A model generated the notes under the pieces. That model was given only the letters and a program-made list of their open reading frames with translations, had not been told where the DNA came from and searched no databases. Made by a program: the position numbers and the translations under genes. DNA of 15,334 nucleotides from Candidatus Undinarchaeota archaeon (lineage in GTDB: Archaea > SpSt-1190), in the NCBI GenBank assembly GCA_964449215.1, contig CAYVAH010000018.1, forward strand, positions 1 through 15,334. The letters are read 5' to 3'. This document shows, in pieces, positions 1 through 6,185 of the stretch (within the stretch, counting starts at the first letter, position 1; every line of letters starts with the position of its first letter).

Positions 1-34
1 TCGACAGCACTGGGGGTATGCGGAAGCCACAAGC

Positions 35-53
35 TTTTTGAAAAAAAGAAGAG
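35..53. terminator. Probable oligo(T) terminator of the protease gene, possibly bidirectional
   Basis: Minus strand reads TGA-CTCTTCTTTTTTTC right after the protease stop (A7 at 41-47 on +). A plus-strand T5 lies adjacent at 35-39. Confidence 0.5.
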
Positions 54-1202
54 TCATTGGGCTGTTGGAAGCCCGAATCCTGTTGCAGTATCATATCCAG
101 TTGTCCATATATCCTCTGCGATGCTGCGTAGGTAGTCGCGCGTTGATGCTGCAGTTCCCTGCCACAGTTTTGCGGCCAGGCCACTGATATGTGGTGTTGC
201 CATGGACGTGCCAGACATATATGCATAACAGCCGTCGTTGTAGGTCGATTCTATTGAGACACCGGGAGCGCCAAACTCTATTTCCCGTTCATCGATCACG
301 TCGTCGCCATCATCAGTTCCCCTGGAAGACCAGCTGGGCACATTGTCATTCTGGTCCGTTGCACCTACAGCCACCACTTTCGCATAAGCTCCGGGGTAGT
401 CTATACTGCCTTCATCTGGTCCGTCGTTTCCTGCTGCTGCTACAACAAGGACTCCATTGTCAACTGCGTAGTCAATGGCCGCCAGAACTTGGCTGTCTGG
501 CGTATTGCCACCGATGCTCATTGAAATGATGTTTGCTCCGTTGTCAGTCGCATAGTAGATTCCTGCAGCCATGTCGTCTCCGTAGCAGTGTCCGCGTCGG
601 TCACAGACCTTGATGGCCATCAAGCTGGCTTCCGGTGCGACGCCAATTATGTTACCATTTGCCAGCACAGTTCCCGAGACATGCGTCCCGTGACCGTGAC
701 CGTCCTCGCAGTTTCTCATATCCGGGCGGAAGTGCGTGACCTTTGAGGTGCAGTGCAGTATGTTGTTCTTGAGGTCTGGGTGGTCCCTGTCAACTCCTGT
801 GTCGAGGACTGCCACAACCACACCTGCGCCGCCGGAACCGCCATTCACCCTGGCAATTCCCCAAGGCAGCTGGTTGTCCGGATAGCATGCCGGGGATTCT
901 CTGCCGCTGTTCTTGCAATCTGCGCAGCTGGGGTTCTCACCCAGTTCCGGTTCGCATTCGCCGTTGTTGTTGCAGTAGGGCTTTGTTATCTCGAACAGGC
1001 CGACGGGCTCGGTTTCGATGCCGAACCTCTCGAGGATCTTCAACTGTCCCGGGGAAAGCTCTGCCGAGAAGGCGTGCGGGAACTTGTGCACTGGGGGCAC
1101 GAATGCCTCAATCACTGGATTCCTTGCGTGTATGTAGAATCTCTCTGCCATCGCTGGCACAAGCAACACTGCCAGAAACACTGTCAATAATGGTTTTCGC
1201 AT
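54..1202 (-). CDS. Secreted subtilisin-family (S8) serine protease, sphericase/S41-like
   Basis: Signal peptide MRKPLLTVFLAVLLVPAMA; triad motifs VAVLDTG, HGHGTHVSG, GTSMATPH; oxyanion AAAGN. SSRG..D.VI.E.EIEFGAPG and GLAAKLW resemble Bacillus sphericase/S41. Confidence 0.96.
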   Translation of the reverse strand: MRKPLLTVFLAVLLVPAMAERFYIHARNPVIEAFVPPVHKFPHAFSAELSPGQLKILERFGIETEPVGLFEITKPYCNNNGECEPELGENPSCADCKNSGRESPACYPDNQLPWGIARVNGGSGGAGVVVAVLDTGVDRDHPDLKNNILHCTSKVTHFRPDMRNCEDGHGHGTHVSGTVLANGNIIGVAPEASLMAIKVCDRRGHCYGDDMAAGIYYATDNGANIISMSIGGNTPDSQVLAAIDYAVDNGVLVVAAAGNDGPDEGSIDYPGAYAKVVAVGATDQNDNVPSWSSRGTDDGDDVIDEREIEFGAPGVSIESTYNDGCYAYMSGTSMATPHISGLAAKLWQGTAASTRDYLRSIAEDIWTTGYDTATGFGLPTAQ

Positions 1203-1236
1203 GGAAAATACCTGCGGCTGGCTTAATATTCCTTTG
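1203..1236 (-). promoter_or_regulatory. BRE/TATA promoter of the protease gene
   Basis: Minus strand CAAAGGAATATTAAG; TATA-like hexamer at 1223-1228, 20 nt before ATG. Confidence 0.55.
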
Positions 1237-1249
1237 CCTCTGAGCTGCT

Positions 1250-1633
1250 TTAGACCAAAGGTCGATCAAAATTGGAGAGCTTTTTTGTCAGTTCCGCCAG
1301 TCTGGAGGGGAGCCTGGAGTAGGCCACCATAAGCCCCTCTGCATCCCCGGAAAGCACTTCCAGACTGCTGTAAACTTCTGGGGTGTTCTTGCAGGCTTGT
1401 TCCCCGTATTCGAGCAGGGCACTGAACTTTTCGTTGAGTGCCTTGATATCCTCGAGGGCGTCTTCAATGTAGCGCAGTTCCCCCTCCTGCTTTTCAATGC
1501 TGCTCGGGGTTGCCCCATCCAGGGCTCTGGCAAGGTTCTCTGCTTCATGTTCGACCTTTCTCGAGAACTCTTTCCACTTCCCGACAACCCCGCCGATATA
1601 TGTGAGATTTTCTATCAGTTTGTCTGCATCCAC
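1250..1633 (-). CDS. Hypothetical all-helical protein, 127 aa
   Basis: GTG start preceded by AGGTGAT SD-like motif, 8 nt after the upstream stop; amphipathic E/K/L/A-rich helices. Confidence 0.75.
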   Translation of the reverse strand: MDADKLIENLTYIGGVVGKWKEFSRKVEHEAENLARALDGATPSSIEKQEGELRYIEDALEDIKALNEKFSALLEYGEQACKNTPEVYSSLEVLSGDAEGLMVAYSRLPSRLAELTKKLSNFDRPLV

Positions 1634-1641
1634 ACAATCAC

Positions 1642-2160
1642 CTACAGGAGTTCCCTTGCAAGGACCTTGCAGAACGCATAGAATCTATCGGTGTCCCCTT
1701 CGAGCTCCACTATGGCCCAGTAGGTCTTTTTTGCCACAACTTCCCCGATTATGGCATTCACCACCGTGACCTTTTCATTTCCTCCAATGACCGAGCCATA
1801 GCCTTTGAGCGCCCTTTCCGTTATTTGGAGCCCATTCAAGTATCGCAGGAGCGGGTTGGCGTGACCGGTCAAAGCCTCTCCCGCCCTGTAGTTTTTCCCC
1901 GCTATGTTCCTTATGCTTTCGTATATGCCCCAAACCATGTCCTCATATTCCCAGAACTCTTCAGGGAGTGACAGCGCCCATTTGTCTGCCAGTGATTTTC
2001 CAACATCTGCTGGGACCTCCTGCCGCCTGTAGGGGAGAAGACCCCGGTACTGCTTCAACATCCTGTTTGTTGCCTTTTCCAGTCCCTCAGGGCCCCCGTA
2101 ATACCTGAGAAGTGCGTCCTTCGTTCTCAAGATTTTGTTGAGTGTGGGACCCCAGCTCAT
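1642..2160 (-). CDS. Hypothetical protein, 172 aa
   Basis: ATG 21 nt after a TTTAAA box (2182-2187); protein-like composition; no family recognised. Confidence 0.75.
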   Translation of the reverse strand: MSWGPTLNKILRTKDALLRYYGGPEGLEKATNRMLKQYRGLLPYRRQEVPADVGKSLADKWALSLPEEFWEYEDMVWGIYESIRNIAGKNYRAGEALTGHANPLLRYLNGLQITERALKGYGSVIGGNEKVTVVNAIIGEVVAKKTYWAIVELEGDTDRFYAFCKVLARELL

Positions 2161-2244
2161 TCTGAATGTAGGGCTCTGTGGTTTAAATTGTTAAGTTGCA
2201 ACTTTTTCCCAAAACACTTTTAACCTGTGTTGTGGTGAATAACT
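2161..2244. promoter_or_regulatory. Divergent promoter region with central 12-bp palindrome
   Basis: Leftward TTTAAA (2182-2187), rightward CAAAACACTTTTAA (TATA 2218-2223), perfect palindrome AAGTTGCAACTT at 2193-2204. Confidence 0.6.
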
Positions 2245-2271
2245 ATGGGCAAGAAAAAAAAGAAGAAGTAA
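2245..2271 (+). CDS. Candidate micro-ORF MGKKKKKK (8 aa)
   Basis: ATG GGC AAG AAA AAA AAG AAG AAG TAA; TATA 21 nt upstream; GGTGA at 2234-2238; TTTT at 2279-2282. The same A-run is also a plausible minus-strand terminator. Confidence 0.4.
   Translation: MGKKKKKK
2251..2268 (-). terminator. Probable oligo(T) terminator of the trmB / Cys-microprotein transcript
   Basis: Minus strand CTTCTTCTTTTTTTTCTT begins 8 nt after the TAG at 2276; similar to the tract after the protease gene. Confidence 0.5.
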
Positions 2272-2275
2272 CCAG

Positions 2276-2395
2276 CTATTTTCTACTCACAAAGTTCTTG
2301 CATGCTATGTCATCCGGTGCTGAGGGCGGCTCGAACTTGAAGAAAAGGCACCTCCAGTCCCTCGACCAGAACCTGCAAGAGCGGCAGGTGTTCAA
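2276..2395 (-). CDS. Unannotated 39-aa four-Cys microprotein, putative metal-binding
   Basis: Hand translation MNTCRSCRFWSRDWRCLFFKFEPPSAPDDIACKNFVSRK; TTG start overlaps the trmB stop (TTGA); GGAGG upstream; C-x2-C-x8-C-x15-C. Confidence 0.7.
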   Translation of the reverse strand: MNTCRSCRFWSRDWRCLFFKFEPPSAPDDIACKNFVSRK

Positions 2396-3174
2396 CCCCT
2401 CCACGCCTCCTCGAAGAGCTTGTCAAGTGTGGCAGCCACATATGAGCTGTTGACCCATACCCCGGCATCGAAGGTCGGGTGCACACTTCCCGGTTCCATA
2501 AACATGACCACTGCCTCCTTCCCGTCGGAAACAACGGCCCTGCTTATCGGTCGGCTGACCTGCTTGACCTCGGCATACTTGGCGAGCTCCCCCGCTTCCG
2601 TCCCCTCGGGAACAAGCACCTGCACATTTACCCCCCGGCTCTTTGCACTCTTTATTCCTTCAATATAGAACTTGTTCAGCTCCTTTACGTCCTCCGGGGT
2701 CGCCATGATTCTGACCACATTCTTCGAGCGGTTGAGTATTGTGGAGAGGTGAGAAAACACGTTGTTTTTCTCGCGGACGAGTCCAATGAGCTCTGGAAGC
2801 TCCATGACCATCTCTCCTTTCTTGTAGATTTCGGAGAGATCCCTTATCACCTTGGAACTCTTCAACCCTTCAAGTTCATCCTTAATTCCCTCAGAAGACA
2901 TTTCATAGTATCGCTTGAGGTTGTTGAGTCCCTGCTCCGGTGGGACGGCCATATACTTGAGCGGCCGCCCTTCCGACTTGACAACAACAAGCCCTTTCTT
3001 TGAGAGGCTCTCAAGAATATCGTAACTCCTCGACCTTGGGACTCCGGCGGCTTCGGCCAGCTCGCCTGCAGTCGCCACCCCATGGCTCAACAGCGCCAGC
3101 CATATCTGGGTTTCATACAGGTTAAGCCCTATGAAGTGTTTTATTCTTCCAACTACCTTCTGAGGGATTATCAT
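2392..3174 (-). CDS. trmB: TrmB-family transcriptional regulator (wHTH plus effector/PLD-like domain)
   Basis: GLNLYETQIWLALL..G.ATAGELAEAAGVPRSRSYDILESL.KKG and RPLKY.AV.P are the TrmB N-terminal signature; C-terminal SAKSRGVNVQVL and VVSDGKE. Confidence 0.92.
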   Translation of the reverse strand: MIIPQKVVGRIKHFIGLNLYETQIWLALLSHGVATAGELAEAAGVPRSRSYDILESLSKKGLVVVKSEGRPLKYMAVPPEQGLNNLKRYYEMSSEGIKDELEGLKSSKVIRDLSEIYKKGEMVMELPELIGLVREKNNVFSHLSTILNRSKNVVRIMATPEDVKELNKFYIEGIKSAKSRGVNVQVLVPEGTEAGELAKYAEVKQVSRPISRAVVSDGKEAVVMFMEPGSVHPTFDAGVWVNSSYVAATLDKLFEEAWRG

Positions 3175-3226
3175 TTCATCACCACATTACAATTACAACA
3201 GCGCCTTTTCTATTTAAAACTTTGTT
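3175..3226 (-). promoter_or_regulatory. trmB promoter and SD
   Basis: Minus strand CAAAGTTTTAAATA (TATA 3213-3219); GGTGA at 3179-3183; 38 nt from TATA to ATG, implying a short leader. Confidence 0.6.
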
Positions 3227-3232
3227 TATTTT

Positions 3233-3823
3233 TCAACCGAGCAAGTGTATCAGGGGATTTCGCCGCCATTTAAGGTTGTATCTGCCGGGAACTGGCTCCT
3301 CGGGAGCCCTTCCGAACTCCTCTTCGTGCAAGAACTCGCTCAAAGGCGCTCTCTGGTTCTCCGGAAACTCTTTTGAATACCCTATTGGGACCATCGCCAC
3401 CGGCACAACCTTTGTGGGGGCTTTCACGACCTTCCTGGCAGCTTCCCTGTCAAACATAAAAACAGCGCAGCTTCCCAGCCCCAGGGAGCGGGCTGCAACC
3501 TGAATATTCTGCACGGCTGCCGAGACCTCCATTATTGAGTATTCCCTCGCCTCCCTTTTCAGGGTGAATTCAATCCTTTCAAGGTTCGAACATACGACTA
3601 TCACCACAGGGGCTCCGGCAATCCACTCCTGCCCTGCGACCTCGGCCAGCCTTGCCTTTGCTGTCCTGCTCCTGACCACAACGAACTCCCAGCTCTGGGC
3701 CCCCAGGGCTGTCTGTGCCCACCTGCCGCAGTCCAGCACCTCATAGACGATTTTCATCGAGACTGGCTTGTCGAGGTATTTCTTCACGCACTTCCTCTTC
3801 CTTATGGCGTCTCTGGCTTCCAC
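3233..3823 (-). CDS. Nitroreductase-family protein with divergent FMN motifs
   Basis: Fold motifs Q.WEFVVV, APVVIVV, AAVQNI.VAA.SLGLGSC and VPIGY. Confidence 0.88.
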   Translation of the reverse strand: MEARDAIRKRKCVKKYLDKPVSMKIVYEVLDCGRWAQTALGAQSWEFVVVRSRTAKARLAEVAGQEWIAGAPVVIVVCSNLERIEFTLKREAREYSIMEVSAAVQNIQVAARSLGLGSCAVFMFDREAARKVVKAPTKVVPVAMVPIGYSKEFPENQRAPLSEFLHEEEFGRAPEEPVPGRYNLKWRRNPLIHLLG

Positions 3824-3886
3824 TTCCAGATAATACTCAAAAAGTTATATTGCTAACTGTTTTTAATTCACGTGCCAGATAAACCT
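3824..3886. promoter_or_regulatory. Back-to-back promoters for nitroreductase and DNA ligase
   Basis: Leftward ATATAA (3845-3850) 21 nt before GTG; rightward TTTTTAA (3860-3866) 20 nt before ATG 3887. Confidence 0.55.
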
Positions 3887-5566
3887 ATGAGGTATTCTGT
3901 GCTGGCGGGGACCTATGCTGAACTTGAGTCAAGTTCTTCAATCCTCCGCAAGGTTGATATTCTCTCGAAGCTCTTTTCCAGCACCCCTCCCAAACTGATT
4001 AGAAAGGTTGCTTACCTCGCCACGGGTGATGTCTTCCCACCCTGGGACCCGAGAAAGCTCAACCTTGCCGAGAACCTTTCGATTATGGCGATTTCCAGGG
4101 TTACGGGTTCACCAAAGGTTGAGATACTGAAAAAGCTGAGGGAGGAAGGGGATCTCGGCTCCGCCGCTGCAGGCCTTCTCAGGAGCCGCAGGCAATCGAC
4201 CCTCGCAAGCAGAGAACTCACCGTTGAAGGGGTCTATGGTTCGTTTGAAAAGATAGCTTCTTCCGAGGGGGTGGGCAGTGTGGAGAGGAAGGTGTCCCTC
4301 CTGGCGGAGTTGATAAGCAATGCTGAACCGGAAGAAGCGAAATACCTCATCCGCACGGTGCTCGGTCAGCTCCGTATCGGTGTCGGTGAGGGAATTGTCC
4401 GCGATGCGATTGCTAAGACCTTTGGTGTCTCTGCTTCTCTGGTGGAGAAGGCGCATGCAGTTCTCAATGACTATGGTGAGGTCGCCGAGCTCGCTTCCAA
4501 AGGGGAGGAAGCCCTCAAGGGGGTTAAGCTCAGACCAGGCCGCCCGTTGAAGGTGATGCTCTACCCGAAGGCGGAGTCTGTGGAGGACGCCATTTCCCGG
4601 ACAGGTCTCCCCGTGCAGGCGGAATACAAGTATGACGGGTTCCGCACACAGATTCACAAGCTGGGGGATAAGGTTCTGATATTCACGCGGCGGCTCGATG
4701 ATGTCACAGCGCAGTTTCCCGACATAGTGGAGGCGGTGCTTGAGGCCGTGAAGGCGAGGGAGGTGGTGCTGGATGGTGAGAGCGTCGGTATCGATCCGGG
4801 GACGGGGAGGTTTGTTCCCTTCCAGAAGATAGGCCAGAGAATAAAGAGAAAATATGATATCGCCAGAATGGTGAAGGAGATTCCCGTGGAAACGCACCTG
4901 TTTGACATTCTTTATCTCGATGGCGAGAACCTGATTGATAAGCCTCTCAGGGAGAGGTTCGACATCCTGCGGGGGGTTTTCAAGGAATCCAGCCGGCTGA
5001 AACTTGTGGATTTCATACAGGCCGGCTCCAGGGAGGAGGTGGAGGCATTCTACAAGCGAGCCCTGGCAAAGAACCTTGAAGGGCTGATGTTGAAGAGTCT
5101 GGATTCCCCGTACAAACCGGGCCAGCGTGTCGGGTATGGTTACAAGCTCAAGCCGGAAACGGAGACGCTCGACCTTGTGGTGGTTGGGGCCGAGTGGGGC
5201 GAGGGCAAGAGGGCGAACTGGTTGAGCAGCTATCTCCTTGCCGCCCGTGACCCGGAAACTGGAAGGTTTTTACCCGTGGGTAAGATGGCCACAGGGATGA
5301 CCGAAACTGACCTTGAGAACATGACTGAGATGTTCAAACCCCTTGTGGAGTCCGAAAGGGGGAAGGAGGTTCGGCTCAAGCCAAAGGTGGTGCTTGAGGT
5401 TGGTTACCAGGAGATTCAGAAGAGTCCGAAGTATGCCAGTGGGTTTGCCCTGCGTTTCCCCCGGATGGTTCGTATAAGGGACGACAAGGGTCCGGCAGAG
5501 GCGGACACTGTTGAGCGCGTGAGGTTCCTTTTTGAGTCGCAGTTCAGGCACCGCGAAAGTCGATGA
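3887..5566 (+). CDS. lig: ATP-dependent DNA ligase, archaeal type
   Basis: EYKYDGFR (motif I), VVLDGE, HLFDILY, EGLMLK, KLK and LRFPR..RIR.DK. ATG 3887 is preferred over GTG 3872 from promoter spacing. Confidence 0.97.
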   Translation: MRYSVLAGTYAELESSSSILRKVDILSKLFSSTPPKLIRKVAYLATGDVFPPWDPRKLNLAENLSIMAISRVTGSPKVEILKKLREEGDLGSAAAGLLRSRRQSTLASRELTVEGVYGSFEKIASSEGVGSVERKVSLLAELISNAEPEEAKYLIRTVLGQLRIGVGEGIVRDAIAKTFGVSASLVEKAHAVLNDYGEVAELASKGEEALKGVKLRPGRPLKVMLYPKAESVEDAISRTGLPVQAEYKYDGFRTQIHKLGDKVLIFTRRLDDVTAQFPDIVEAVLEAVKAREVVLDGESVGIDPGTGRFVPFQKIGQRIKRKYDIARMVKEIPVETHLFDILYLDGENLIDKPLRERFDILRGVFKESSRLKLVDFIQAGSREEVEAFYKRALAKNLEGLMLKSLDSPYKPGQRVGYGYKLKPETETLDLVVVGAEWGEGKRANWLSSYLLAARDPETGRFLPVGKMATGMTETDLENMTEMFKPLVESERGKEVRLKPKVVLEVGYQEIQKSPKYASGFALRFPRMVRIRDDKGPAEADTVERVRFLFESQFRHRESR

Positions 5567-6185
5567 ATCCAAAGCTGTCGAAGAGCATCACGAATCTCCC
5601 CATGCGGAGTGACTTCCAGTCCTCACAGCCGGGGCAGAGCTTACCGTGGAACTGCTCTCTCTGACGTCCGTCACTTTCCACATAGACCCCTTCAAGGCTT
5701 GCTTCCCAGGGACAGTGGTTCATGATTCTTACCCACTCTCCATCCCTGCTGACCTCAGATATCCGCAAACAGCTGTTGTTGGACGGCTTCCACAGGCATC
5801 CTTTCCCTTCGTTCATGGCCCGTGCCTGAGCTTCCTCAAGCTCGGACCTGTATCTGTAGTTCGGGAAAATGCAGTATGCCTTGGCATACCCTTTTCTCAC
5901 CATCTCCAGAGGGATGCTCACATTTGCGTGAACGTAGCGCAGGAGTCTGCCATACCTGTCCTTCCCGATGAAGTCTCTTTCCAGTTTCACACTGCTCCCG
6001 AGGAGGCTCTTGAGGAACTCCTTGGACTCTCCATAGCATCTTTCTCCCCGTTCCGGGGCGTTTATTCCCAGAATGCGAACCCTGCCAGCAGTGGTGTCTA
6101 TTGTGTCGCCGTCCACCACCCCTGTCACCCCGACCTGCACCAGGGGGTGGAAGAGGAGCAGCAGTGCGTAAATCAGCCGCATCAT
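5544..6185 (-). CDS. Exported thermonuclease (SNase) with C-terminal lamin-tail-like domain
   Basis: Hydrophobic N-terminus; VVDGDTI, VRILGINAPE, DRYGRLLRYV, GYA; C-terminal ISEV..GEWVRIMN..SLEG resembles an LTD. Confidence 0.9.
   Translation of the reverse strand: MMRLIYALLLLFHPLVQVGVTGVVDGDTIDTTAGRVRILGINAPERGERCYGESKEFLKSLLGSSVKLERDFIGKDRYGRLLRYVHANVSIPLEMVRKGYAKAYCIFPNYRYRSELEEAQARAMNEGKGCLWKPSNNSCLRISEVSRDGEWVRIMNHCPWEASLEGVYVESDGRQREQFHGKLCPGCEDWKSLRMGRFVMLFDSFGFIDFRGA

Noticed and set aside
1..34. GC-rich stretch ending in ..GCCA before a T-run, as a possible structural RNA 3' end
   Set aside because: No T-arm or acceptor stem and no 5S, SRP or RNase P motif recognised; too short to call.
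2196..2453. 85-aa plus-strand ORF from the track as an independent gene
   Set aside because: Its TTG lies upstream of the TATA, and it is antisense to trmB and the Cys microprotein. Kept only as a possible frameshift frame.
2310..2534. 74-aa minus-strand ORF overlapping the trmB end
   Set aside because: Mostly out of frame inside trmB; the 39-aa frame has better start signals and a motif.
3171..3179. ATG-AAA-TGA mini-uORF over the trmB start
   Set aside because: Explained as a by-product of the GGTGAT SD sequence.
3826..3882. CCAGATAA repeated at 3826-3833 and 3875-3882
   Set aside because: Only 8 bp, in the same orientation despite divergent genes, and not an ORB; chance is likely.
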